DNA from: Candidatus Omnitrophota bacterium
Lineage (GTDB): Bacteria; Omnitrophota; Gorgyraeia; Gygaellales; Profunditerraquicolaceae
Direction: 5' to 3'
DNA: 64,000 bases
NCBI GenBank assembly: GCA_026416665.1
Contig: JAOAET010000014.1
Span: 557 to 64,556, forward strand
Shown piece after piece: positions 1-9,436 of the stretch. The position numbers were made by a program, and so were the translations under genes. The number at the start of each line of letters is the position of its first letter. The first letter of the stretch is position 1. Below the pieces are notes generated by a model. It saw nothing but the letters and a program-made list of their open reading frames with translations. It did no database searches and was not told the DNA's origin.

Positions 1-4
1 TTTT

Positions 5-1696
5 TTATCCTTCAACATCAAGAGTAACTCGCATTACCTCCTCTGGGGTTGTTAATCCCCCTAAAAGTTTCTGCAATGCTGCTTGCCGCAAGGTTATTAG
101 ACCATCTTTTATGGCCAACTCTCTAATTACATCTGCTGACTCTTTTTTTAAAACCGCCTCTTGAATAGTAGGAGTAACTTTTAATAATTCGTAGATACCT
201 GTTCTCCCCTTATACCCTGTTTGATTACAAACCTTGCAACCTCTTCCTTTCATAAAAGTAACAGGCTTATTAATATAACTATCAAGACCCAAGCTTTTTA
301 ATAATTCTGGTTTAGGCTCATAAGATTCTTTACATTTATCACATACCTTTCGTAATAATCGCTGAGCCAAAACGCCCAAAATTGAGGAAGAAATAAGGAA
401 TGGCTCTACTCCCATATTCATTAACCGTGTAAACGCAGACGGTGAATCATTGGTATGGAGTGTAGAAAAAACCATATGACCAGTCAAAGCTGCTTGTACA
501 GCAATCTCAGCTGTCTCTAAATCGCGTATTTCTCCTACCATAATAATATCCGGATCTTGTCGTAAAAACGACCTTAAAGCTGTAGCAAAAGTAAGCCCGG
601 CAACAGGATTTACTTGCACCTGACGCATTCCAGGGAATTGATATTCTACAGGGTCTTCAACAGTCATGATATTGACATCCTCTTTATTAAGTAACTGTAA
701 AGCAGAGTACAGTGTGGTGGTTTTTCCACTTCCAGTAGGACCAGTTACCAGAAGAATACCATAGGGTGAAGAAATTAATTCTTTAAAAGTAGCTAAAGTC
801 TGCGGAGGAAATCCTAGCGACTCCAGCCCCAGAACAAGTCCACTTTTATCTAGAATTCTTAAAACAATATTTTCTCCGTGCACAGTAGGACAGGTAGAGA
901 CACGAAAGTCTATATCTTTAGAACCAATCTTCATCATGATTCTTCCATCTTGTGGCAGACGTTTTTCCGCAATATCTAACCCCGCCATAATTTTAAAGCG
1001 TGAAGTTATGGCGCTAGCTAAATCTTTAGGAAGCGCGGGTTGTCTATGAAGCATTCCATCTATACGATAACGCACATTAAGGACATTTTCTTCAGGTTCA
1101 ATATGGATATCCGATGCCTTGTTTTGTACAGCTTGAATAATCAAATAATTTACAATTTTTATTATTGGCGCCTCTTCTCCTAATTTATCCGCCTCAACTA
1201 ACTTATTTTTATCAATAGAAGAAACTATCTCTTGTAAACTGCCTGTAGGGCCATAATACTGATCCTGCGCCTTGCGTATTTCAATCTCATCACAAGACAC
1301 CGGTTCAACATTCAGCTTTGTTAACCTTTGAATTTCGTCTATTACATAAACATTTGTAGGGTCAACCATAGCTACCGTAAGAGTGCTCTCTACTATAAAT
1401 ACAGGCATTATTTTATATTTGCGTGCAAAAAATTCGGGTATTAACCGGATTACTTCTGGTTCAATAATATAACTTGAGAGATTAAAAGCGGTAATACCCT
1501 TTTGCATATTAAGACATTTTTCGACAGCCTCTCGACTTGCCCAACCACGGCGCACAATAATCTCCCCAAGTTTTCCCCCTGACATCTTCTGTTCCATTAA
1601 GGCCTCATTAAGTTGTGAGGGGGTAATTAGACCTTTTTCAATAAGAAGCTCTCCTATCTTCTTTGGAATTTCTCCCATTTTTCCCTCATTTATCAA
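5..1696 (-). CDS. pilB: Type IV pilus/T2SS assembly ATPase (PilB/GspE family), copy 1
   Basis: Walker A GPTGSGKTT, Asp box TVEDPVEY, Walker B LRQDPDIIMVGE, His box LTGHMVFSTLH, CxxC..CxxC zinc motif, and an N-terminal MshEN-like KIGELLIEKGLITPSQLNEALMEQ. The true start may be ATG 1678 (GAGGGA upstream). Confidence 0.93.
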   Translation of the reverse strand: MINEGKMGEIPKKIGELLIEKGLITPSQLNEALMEQKMSGGKLGEIIVRRGWASREAVEKCLNMQKGITAFNLSSYIIEPEVIRLIPEFFARKYKIMPVFIVESTLTVAMVDPTNVYVIDEIQRLTKLNVEPVSCDEIEIRKAQDQYYGPTGSLQEIVSSIDKNKLVEADKLGEEAPIIKIVNYLIIQAVQNKASDIHIEPEENVLNVRYRIDGMLHRQPALPKDLASAITSRFKIMAGLDIAEKRLPQDGRIMMKIGSKDIDFRVSTCPTVHGENIVLRILDKSGLVLGLESLGFPPQTLATFKELISSPYGILLVTGPTGSGKTTTLYSALQLLNKEDVNIMTVEDPVEYQFPGMRQVQVNPVAGLTFATALRSFLRQDPDIIMVGEIRDLETAEIAVQAALTGHMVFSTLHTNDSPSAFTRLMNMGVEPFLISSSILGVLAQRLLRKVCDKCKESYEPKPELLKSLGLDSYINKPVTFMKGRGCKVCNQTGYKGRTGIYELLKVTPTIQEAVLKKESADVIRELAIKDGLITLRQAALQKLLGGLTTPEEVMRVTLDVEG

Positions 1697-2839
1697 TTAC
1701 CACAAATTTTCTTTTAACCATTGATCTATCTTTTCCATTCTATCTAACCAAGAACTAACCTCTTCATTTTTTGAACGCCTTTGCCTAGAAGTTTGTATTT
1801 CATTACTGGCTGGTTTCTTTAGCGTTTTTTTATAAACAATTTCCTGTTGTAATTTTCTTTCACTCTTCTTTTGGACTGGTTGTATTATTTCCTTTTCCTG
1901 TTGTTTATTTAGCTTTTGACTTAGTTTATCTTCTTCTCTTTTTTCTTGACCGGTTTGTAGCAATTTAATATCTTTACTTTTTTGTTGTTGAGCAAGACGT
2001 TGTATTTCTTTCTCATATAACTGTTCACGCCTCTGACGAAATAATTCTTCTTCTCTAATCTGCTTTTGCCTTTGTTGCTCTTCTTTCTCCTTTTGTCGTC
2101 TTAATCGTTCTTCCTCTTGTAAACGTTTTTTTCTTTCTTGTTGTTGAATACGGAATTCTGCTTGGGAAGATGTATATTTGACTTTTTCTTCTTCAGGTTT
2201 ACTCACTAATTGTTCTTTTTTTTGCTGTTGAGGTATATTATTTTCAACTTCCTTTATCTTGACTTTTTCTTCTTGCTTATTCTTTGGTTCATATTCTTTT
2301 TTTTGTTCCGTCTTTGTAAGCTGCTTGTATCTCTCATCCTGCTCTAATTTCCTCTTTGCCAACATCTCTTGCCTTTGCGCCTGTCTTTGAGCTTTTAACT
2401 GCTCAATTCTGCCCTCTTTTTCCTGTCTTCTCATAACTAGCTGTTTAAGTTTTTCTTTACGCTGTTGCCTCTGTTGTGCCAATAACTGCTTGCGCCTATT
2501 ATTCTCTTCACGAACCTGCTGTTGCTTCTCTTGCTTTTTTTTATCCACTGCATCTTCTATCTTTAGTTTCTGTTTGGATTTTTCCTGTTTATTTAAAAGC
2601 GCATTCCTACTTTTTCTTTCCTCTATTTGAACTTGTAACTTTTTCCGTTGATTAACTAAATTTTTATAATATTGTTGTAAATCCGAAACCTCCCTTTCCT
2701 GTTGTTGTATTGTTTTTTCTAAGTTCCTGATACGTTCACTCAATTCGTCATATTTAGGTACCTCTGCCAGAGACAAGGAATCTATAAAAAAACAATTCAC
2801 TAGACTAAAAATTCCCATTACTAATAAACGCCTTTTCAT
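1697..2839 (-). CDS. Exported E/K/Q/R-rich coiled-coil protein, unknown function
   Basis: Signal peptide (MKRRLLVMG...SLA), charged helical body, C-terminus WLDRMEKIDQWLKENLW; lies within the operon. Confidence 0.8.
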   Translation of the reverse strand: MKRRLLVMGIFSLVNCFFIDSLSLAEVPKYDELSERIRNLEKTIQQQEREVSDLQQYYKNLVNQRKKLQVQIEERKSRNALLNKQEKSKQKLKIEDAVDKKKQEKQQQVREENNRRKQLLAQQRQQRKEKLKQLVMRRQEKEGRIEQLKAQRQAQRQEMLAKRKLEQDERYKQLTKTEQKKEYEPKNKQEEKVKIKEVENNIPQQQKKEQLVSKPEEEKVKYTSSQAEFRIQQQERKKRLQEEERLRRQKEKEEQQRQKQIREEELFRQRREQLYEKEIQRLAQQQKSKDIKLLQTGQEKREEDKLSQKLNKQQEKEIIQPVQKKSERKLQQEIVYKKTLKKPASNEIQTSRQRRSKNEEVSSWLDRMEKIDQWLKENLW

Positions 2840-2857
2840 TCTTATTCCCTTCTTAAC

Positions 2858-4102
2858 TTAATAAGAAACTGTCCCTTGCAAAACACCTTGATGTTGTTGC
2901 CTTAAGGTTTTTAAAAAACTTTCTTCTGTCTCTAAATTCCTCTCTAAATCTTTCATCTGAATTGCCAGACTTTCTTGTTCTTTAAGTAAATTTTCTGTCT
3001 CGTTCAATATTTTCTCAAACCGTTTATCACACCTTTCTGTAAGCTCTATTTCCATTAGGCGATTACGTTTTTCATTCCAGTCTTTTAACCGCTTCTCTTC
3101 TTTGAGCTGGTTGTATTCTTGCTGTTTTTTTGGTTTTTCGGCCAATTCATATCTTTTTCGTACCTCTCGTATCTGTCTTATCCATGGGCGTTGTTTCAAT
3201 ATTTCTTCTCTTTTCCTCTGACGAATAATTTCCTTTAACTTCTGTTGATGTTCTCTTTTCTTGTAAGTAGTTTCTTCTCTTATTCTTTCAAATTTATTTT
3301 GTCCTTCTTCTTGTTTATTGGCTAACAACTCTTCTCTAAGTTTATCTTCCTCTGTTCTAGTTTGCTTTATTTCCTTGTTCTTACTTTTACTTAAAATATG
3401 TCTTAGCATCTGCCTTTCTCTAATTTTAAGCTTTTTATCAATACGTTTTAACTCTCTTTTTTTTCTTGCTTCTTGCTGCAGTTTATTTTTTCTTTCTTGA
3501 TGTTCCTTTGTCAACAGATTTTTAAGTTTATCTTTTTCTTGTTTTCTTTGGGCCTTCTTTTCCTCTTCAAGTTTTCTCTCAATTTCTCTAGTTATTAAAT
3601 TTTCTTGACGTTGAATTTCCCTTAGAGCTATCTTCTGTGCTTTTTTATCTTTTAACTCTTGGTTATGTTTTAATCTTTCTTCCTTACGTTCTATTGCCAT
3701 TATTTCTTTTCGTTTTCTGACCTCTTCCTTCTTAACACGCTCCTGTTTCCTTCTCTCCTCCTGCTGCTGCCTTAACCTCTCCCTCTCCTGCTTCTTCTTC
3801 TCTATCTCTTGCCTGTATTTGACCTTCTTTTTTTGAAGTTCTTTTTCTTCCTTATCTTTTTTTTCTAATTGCCGCTGCCTTATTTTATTTGTTATTTCCC
3901 TTTCTTTTTCCAGCTGTTCTTTCTTTATTTCTTTGTACCTTGTGCGTAGAAAATTTATTTTTTCTTCTTGTAGTTTTATCTGCTCTTCTAACTGTCTTAC
4001 TGACCTAAGCAATTCTTCTTCGGAATCTGCCCAAGAAGAAAATGAAAGGGTAAAAAAGCCAAGTATAGTGAATATAAATATTAACCATCCTCTATAATTC
4101 AT
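2858..4102 (-). CDS. Exported E/K/Q/R-rich coiled-coil protein, unknown function
   Basis: Signal peptide ending SWA|D; about 390 aa of charged helical sequence. Confidence 0.8.
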   Translation of the reverse strand: MNYRGWLIFIFTILGFFTLSFSSWADSEEELLRSVRQLEEQIKLQEEKINFLRTRYKEIKKEQLEKEREITNKIRQRQLEKKDKEEKELQKKKVKYRQEIEKKKQERERLRQQQEERRKQERVKKEEVRKRKEIMAIERKEERLKHNQELKDKKAQKIALREIQRQENLITREIERKLEEEKKAQRKQEKDKLKNLLTKEHQERKNKLQQEARKKRELKRIDKKLKIRERQMLRHILSKSKNKEIKQTRTEEDKLREELLANKQEEGQNKFERIREETTYKKREHQQKLKEIIRQRKREEILKQRPWIRQIREVRKRYELAEKPKKQQEYNQLKEEKRLKDWNEKRNRLMEIELTERCDKRFEKILNETENLLKEQESLAIQMKDLERNLETEESFLKTLRQQHQGVLQGTVSY

Positions 4103-4116
4103 AGGATAATTATTAT

Positions 4117-4803
4117 TTAACCCTTCTTCTCTGTTTCTAATTTTTCCAATATATTATTTAGTTTCTTTATCTTCGCCTCTTCTTTGTTTAACAAGGTTTC
4201 TAGCAAACGTATTTTTCGTTCCAAAGATGTTTTCTTTCTGATAAGAAATTTTAAGGTCTTAGTAGGATTTTCAGTTTGTTCCGCTCTGTTACTAAACAAA
4301 GCCTCTTCGATTACTTTTTGACGAACCGCTACCAAATCTTCAGTTTTCTGGTGGGGTATTGTAGATGGTTTAGATTGTTTACTTCTAATAACTTTTTTTC
4401 TATTCTCTTCGTGTTTCTTCTTTAAAACTTTTGTTGACGTAGGTAGGAATAATTGTTCTTTTTTCACCTCTTTTTCTTTTGTAACTAATTGCTGTCTTGA
4501 TTTAGCAGAAATATCTTTTTCTTTACTGTACTTTTCTTTTTTCTTCTCTTGTTTTGTAAGACATTCGATCTCTTTCTTTTGCTGATTGATAGACAATTCA
4601 AGCTGCTTTCTTTGATAAACGAGATTTTCTAATTTTTTTTGCAGTTGGTTCACATATCTCTGCTGTTGAACAATCTCTTCGGTCAGTTGTTTAATCTTAA
4701 ACTTCAATATTCTGGGATTTTCAGAATTAAAAGCCATGCAATTTACCAAAGCAACCTCAAAAAATAAGCCTATAAATATCAAAATTGTAATATAATTTTT
4801 CAT
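4117..4803 (-). CDS. Exported coiled-coil protein, unknown function
   Basis: Hydrophobic N-terminal signal; N- and C-terminal heptad segments related to the neighbouring ORFs. Confidence 0.78.
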   Translation of the reverse strand: MKNYITILIFIGLFFEVALVNCMAFNSENPRILKFKIKQLTEEIVQQQRYVNQLQKKLENLVYQRKQLELSINQQKKEIECLTKQEKKKEKYSKEKDISAKSRQQLVTKEKEVKKEQLFLPTSTKVLKKKHEENRKKVIRSKQSKPSTIPHQKTEDLVAVRQKVIEEALFSNRAEQTENPTKTLKFLIRKKTSLERKIRLLETLLNKEEAKIKKLNNILEKLETEKKG

Positions 4804-4822
4804 TGGTAATTTTTTTTATTTC

Positions 4823-6106
4823 TTAATTAAAACTCTTTTCACCCTTTAGAGTATTTTTCTCTTTTTCTAGCTGTTTGATACGTTCTTCTTCCATATTTAC
4901 AGCTTCTTGTAATTTTTTTGTCTGGTTAATTAATAATTCCTGTTTCTTTAATAGCTCGTTCCACTTAACAGCAAGTTTATTGGCTTTATCCATTTCCTTT
5001 TTCTCTCGTTCAAGTATCCTTATTTCTTCTTCTTCTCTCTCTCTCACAAAATTCCTGCTAATGCCATAGCGTTCTTGCCTAGCTATCTGAGCTATTTTCT
5101 CTTCATTTATAATAGAAGGCGAAACGAAAATAAGTAGTTCAGTTCTTTCTTTAGTATTTAGTTTTGCCTTAAATAAATTACCTAATAAAGGAATATCTCC
5201 CAAAAGAGGAATTTTGGTCTCTGACTTTACATTACGACTGCGCATCAACCCCCCAAGTATCACAGTCTGGTTACTTTTAAGAACCAACTTAGTAGAAGCC
5301 ATTCTTCGGTCAATAATGGGCACAGTATAAGGTATAGATACACCTCCACTGGCAACAGTTAAAGTGTAATCATCTATCTTTTCACTAATTTCAGGATTAA
5401 GCGTCATTAATATATCCCCATTTTCGCTGATAGTTGGCGTTACCTGCAGCATAATACCTACATCTTCAAAATGAATTGTCCAGGTAACTTGAACCGACCC
5501 AGATTCTGAAGTAGTCAGTGTAGGTTCAGCCCAAGGTAACTGCTGAACAATCCTAATTTGTGCTGGACGGTTATTTACTGTTGCTACACGAGGTGCAGAA
5601 AGTACCTCTGTATTATAACTATTGGCTAAAGCATTGATAACAACATTAATATTTTCATCAAAAATAGAAAAGGTAAAAGGTGTTTCCTCTAATGTCCCTC
5701 CTGGCTCGATAGTGTTCTTGTAAGGTATAAGCTGAGTAAGGGATTCAGGAGGAATACCCACTGTACCTGCAGTAGTGCTACCTACTTTAAAATTGCCCAC
5801 TTCTGCTCCCTCAGAATGAAACAACCGCCAATTTACTCCTAATGATTGCTGATCAGTTAACCGCACCTCTACTACCCTTGCCTCAATAAGAACCTGCGCT
5901 GGAGACACATCAATAGCTTCCAGGTACTCACTAATCCTTTTGATATTTTCAGGATAGTCCATTACCACGATAGAATTGGGTTCTTCGCCGTAAAAAACTT
6001 TTCCTTCACTAGAAAGTAAAGCGCGAATATTATTACTTACTTGTTGTGCATAGATATTCACTAATAAAATTGCTGTAATTATAACAATCAAGATGATTTT
6101 TTTCAT
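4823..6106 (-). CDS. Secretin, C-terminal half (partial N3 + secretin barrel + coiled-coil tail)
   Basis: QVLIEARVVEV, LSAPRVATVNNRPAQI, GIMLQVTPTI, IPLLGDIPLLGNLF and ELLIFVSPSII; has its own RBS and signal peptide. Confidence 0.9.
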   Translation of the reverse strand: MKKIILIVIITAILLVNIYAQQVSNNIRALLSSEGKVFYGEEPNSIVVMDYPENIKRISEYLEAIDVSPAQVLIEARVVEVRLTDQQSLGVNWRLFHSEGAEVGNFKVGSTTAGTVGIPPESLTQLIPYKNTIEPGGTLEETPFTFSIFDENINVVINALANSYNTEVLSAPRVATVNNRPAQIRIVQQLPWAEPTLTTSESGSVQVTWTIHFEDVGIMLQVTPTISENGDILMTLNPEISEKIDDYTLTVASGGVSIPYTVPIIDRRMASTKLVLKSNQTVILGGLMRSRNVKSETKIPLLGDIPLLGNLFKAKLNTKERTELLIFVSPSIINEEKIAQIARQERYGISRNFVREREEEEIRILEREKKEMDKANKLAVKWNELLKKQELLINQTKKLQEAVNMEEERIKQLEKEKNTLKGEKSFN

Positions 6107-6137
6107 TCTTCTACCTCTTTTTAATATTTAATCTTGC

Positions 6138-6992
6138 CTATTTGCTTGAACCACTACTAGCTGTCCCAGTAGTTGTACTAGTAGTAGTCTGCACCTGTGT
6201 TCCCGTTGGAGTAATTACTTCTGTGGTTGTAGTTATCTTTTCGGTAGCGCCTACTACCTCATCCGCCTTAAGATATTTTAGTTTAAATACCCGTGTTTCC
6301 ATTTTATGATCTACTGTCTCTAAATATTGGGCAACGCGTTTTATATTTTCAGGATAATCAATTACCGTCAAAGCATTCTTCTGTGGTACTAACAAAATCT
6401 TTCCTTTTTTGGAGAGTAATGCAAATAAACCAGAAACCTGCTGATTATCTGATGAATCGCTACCTTCTCCTTTATTAGTAGCCGTAGTAGAGACCTCAAA
6501 AAGTTTCTTGGCTTCTATATGCTTTAACACAAAAGTTTGTGTTAATAGGTTTGGCCTTACTCTTAAAAGTGTTCCTTTTTTCTCAAGGATAAGATTACTA
6601 TGTTCGGCAATGGCCTCAAGTGCCTCTTCAAGCGAGATATCCGTAAAACTTGCCGTAATTTTTCCATCTACATCTTCATCTATAAGAATATTCAAATTAT
6701 AATCATGGGCAATAACACGAAACAAATCTCCTAAATTAACATTCCTTAATTCAATAGAATAGCGAGGTGCTTCTGCTTCTAACCGTTTTATTTCCAATAC
6801 CGGTGCATTAGTTAACTCTCTGTTAATCGGTTCTTGGACTTTTTGACCTTGTTGTTGGTTTGGTTGCTGTTGAGTAGGTTGAGATTTATCCTGACCAGCT
6901 GGCTCTTGTGCTTCTATATTTCCGTAATAAAACATACAAAACAAGCATAAAAGATAAATTTTTAATCCCTTATGTCTCTGAAAAACTAACAT
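6138..6992 (-). CDS. Secretin N-terminal-only protein (STN/N0 + N domain, no barrel)
   Basis: SIELRNVNLGDLFRVIAHDYNLNILIDEDVDGKITASFTDISLEEALEAI matches the N0 region of the secretin at 15463-16872. Has a signal peptide and a Thr/Ser-rich tail. Confidence 0.85.
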   Translation of the reverse strand: MLVFQRHKGLKIYLLCLFCMFYYGNIEAQEPAGQDKSQPTQQQPNQQQGQKVQEPINRELTNAPVLEIKRLEAEAPRYSIELRNVNLGDLFRVIAHDYNLNILIDEDVDGKITASFTDISLEEALEAIAEHSNLILEKKGTLLRVRPNLLTQTFVLKHIEAKKLFEVSTTATNKGEGSDSSDNQQVSGLFALLSKKGKILLVPQKNALTVIDYPENIKRVAQYLETVDHKMETRVFKLKYLKADEVVGATEKITTTTEVITPTGTQVQTTTSTTTGTASSGSSK

Positions 6993-7004
6993 CCTATCTC
7001 CTTC

Positions 7005-9017
7005 TTACCGCCGTGTAGATAAAAATACACGTATAACCTCATCAATTAGTCGGATATCCGCTATATCTTGTATCCCAAGAATATCTAGGCTATCATTTGT
7101 TATTTTTAGCGCATAACAACGTTTGTTTGGGAAGCTTAAAAAATCCGCTTGTTGTTTCTTCTCTTCTTTTAATGCCAAACCAAATTTTTGGGAAAGCATT
7201 TTCTTAAATGCCTCAGCATAAGAAACAGCATCGTTGAGTGTTTTCCATTTAATCTGTAACAGAAATAAGCGATTACCGTTATTATGTCTGTATATTGAAA
7301 TTTTATCGTTTTGCCAAGCACCACAGATTTCTTCTGCTTCCTCTTTGGGCAGAATCTGGCGTAAAGTCATTAAAAGGTAAAACTCACCTATACTATCTTC
7401 ATATTCTTTATGCCAGCCTTCCGGAAAAGTTAATACGTTGACCTCTTCCTTCTGTTGGGCAGATTTATCTGCTAAAGACTGTTCAGTAACCGAGCGATAT
7501 GGATGTAACAGTTGCTGTGTGGTAGAAGGCGGTTTGGCAAACAATTTATCCAAATCATTCCATTGTTTATCACTAAGGTAATATTGAATATAATTAGCAC
7601 CATATCCATATAAACTGTATTGCAACTTATCTATTGTCTCTTTATTGTCTTTTAATATCTTATTCTCGATTAAATCAAAGATATCCCCCAAAGATTTGAA
7701 ACTCTTTCCATCCTTACTTAATATATACTCTAGTTGAATAGCTTTTGCCTCGCCTTCTAAAAGCATATTTAAGGCAGTGATATTATCTTGCGAAAGCTTA
7801 TCTTTATTTATTCCAAGTATCTCTGGTGAATAGTAAGTATGTTGATAAGCATGTACGAGTTCATGAACTAAAACCGTTTCTGCTAACTCAGGACTAAGCC
7901 ACTGCCCTAAGAAAATCTTTTTCCTCTGTTTACTATACAAACCAGCAACAGAAGCTATTAAAGAATCAACCAACATCTCACGGTAATTTATTGCCTGCGG
8001 AACTAATCCCAACCATTTCAGAATCTCTTCTTGAATAGCAAAATATTCTGTATTATATTCTTTTTCAAGGTCCTCTAAAACATAAGAACGTAAACTTACT
8101 CTATCTATAAATTCAATCCCAAAATCCTCAAATGGCTTCCATCCACGTAACTGAGTAATCCATTGAATTAAGGTAGGAATCTTCTGTTTTATTTTTTCTC
8201 TCTCACCTAATACCTCTTGTTGAATATCTGAAGGCACATCAAATTTCTCTGTTGGATTTTGTTTCTGATAATGATTAAGTTGTAAAAAATACATCCCATT
8301 GATTTTTCCTTCAATTCGCGCCAAAACTGTAAAAAAATCTGTAGTATCTATCCAGATAGTCTTAGTAAGTTGTCCGCTTATACCTTTTTCTTCTAAGATC
8401 TTTGGGTTAATTGTGTAACGTAAAACATAACACTTCTTTCCAAAACGTTCTTCTATTGCCAGTATTTCTTTAGTAACAGGTTCTGCCTCTTCTTGTTGGA
8501 CATAAAAAAGAGATTGTAAAAACTGATACGTCAATATTTCATTTTTATCTTTATCAGATATTTGCAGCTTTTCTCTTTGCCATTTTCTTTTTTGCGCATC
8601 CCAAACAAAAGAAAGACCGTCGTAATCATACCCTTGCGCCCAGTCAGCAGTAGAGATGCCATAAGGCACAGTTAAAGAAACACTGATTTTGGTATCTGTT
8701 TTTATATTTTCGAGTCTATCTATCAGATCCTTACTATTTACTCTTATATGAAACAACTCATGTCCCAACCAAACATCAGAAATAACTATAAACTTAGGAG
8801 TTTGCAAAAACGCACTGGCTGTTTTATATAAAAGATAGTCTGAATCTATTTGGGTATTTAATGGTAACCATGAAGTATTTTTACCTCTCTGCTGTTGTTG
8901 GGCTATCTCACTTAAATATTGTCTCAGTTGCACCGCCTCCCACCCTAACAAAAAAGGTAAGCATAAGAGTAAGTAGAATTTTCTTTTAATTTTTTCTTTT
9001 ATGGGCTTAACCATCAA
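7005..9017 (-). CDS. Exported putative zinc metallopeptidase (HEXXH) with an N-terminal beta-rich domain
   Basis: VHELVHAYQH plus downstream LEGEA third-ligand Glu, PPSTTQQLLHP motif, N-terminal hydrophobic segment. Confidence 0.7.
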   Translation of the reverse strand: MMVKPIKEKIKRKFYLLLCLPFLLGWEAVQLRQYLSEIAQQQQRGKNTSWLPLNTQIDSDYLLYKTASAFLQTPKFIVISDVWLGHELFHIRVNSKDLIDRLENIKTDTKISVSLTVPYGISTADWAQGYDYDGLSFVWDAQKRKWQREKLQISDKDKNEILTYQFLQSLFYVQQEEAEPVTKEILAIEERFGKKCYVLRYTINPKILEEKGISGQLTKTIWIDTTDFFTVLARIEGKINGMYFLQLNHYQKQNPTEKFDVPSDIQQEVLGEREKIKQKIPTLIQWITQLRGWKPFEDFGIEFIDRVSLRSYVLEDLEKEYNTEYFAIQEEILKWLGLVPQAINYREMLVDSLIASVAGLYSKQRKKIFLGQWLSPELAETVLVHELVHAYQHTYYSPEILGINKDKLSQDNITALNMLLEGEAKAIQLEYILSKDGKSFKSLGDIFDLIENKILKDNKETIDKLQYSLYGYGANYIQYYLSDKQWNDLDKLFAKPPSTTQQLLHPYRSVTEQSLADKSAQQKEEVNVLTFPEGWHKEYEDSIGEFYLLMTLRQILPKEEAEEICGAWQNDKISIYRHNNGNRLFLLQIKWKTLNDAVSYAEAFKKMLSQKFGLALKEEKKQQADFLSFPNKRCYALKITNDSLDILGIQDIADIRLIDEVIRVFLSTRR

Positions 9018-9436
9018 TTCTTATTATTTTCCTCTTGTGACTGAGACTTCAAAATACTGCTTACTTTTATAACGTATTCTCCAACACTATCTTTTAACCT
9101 AATTTCTTCTGGTTTGATATTGGTAATCTCTTTATTATCTACATAATCGCCTATTTTCAATATCCTCCCATTGACAATAACACAGCTTTTTCCAGCATCA
9201 GGCGCATATATAATGGCAGTAATATTAAATCCATCTAAAGGAATAGCCGTTCCTTGTTCCTGAAATAATTTTTCTTCGTCACTGGTAAGAAAAGGATTCT
9301 CTTTACCTTTTAAGATAATAGGCCCTTTCTCCACAGTAACCTCAGTTTGAGTAAAAGAAAAAACCATAAGTAAATTAGAAAAAGTTAAAGTTGTGGTTAC
9401 ACCGATAATCTTTATAAGAAGACTTAATCTAGCCAA
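9014..9436 (-). CDS. PilP/GspB-like accessory protein
   Basis: NPF motif followed by ITAIIY..CVIVNGRILKIGDYVDNKEITNIKPEEIRL; parallels 16908-17366. Confidence 0.65.
   Translation of the reverse strand: MARLSLLIKIIGVTTTLTFSNLLMVFSFTQTEVTVEKGPIILKGKENPFLTSDEEKLFQEQGTAIPLDGFNITAIIYAPDAGKSCVIVNGRILKIGDYVDNKEITNIKPEEIRLKDSVGEYVIKVSSILKSQSQEENNKN

Noticed and set aside
3741-3830. Pyrimidine-rich tract as a simple repeat or triplex element
   Set aside because: It is explained by Glu/Arg/Lys/Gln codons on the minus strand.
4823-6992. Split secretin as a pseudogene
   Set aside because: The second half has its own RBS and a well-formed signal peptide, and both ORFs are otherwise intact.
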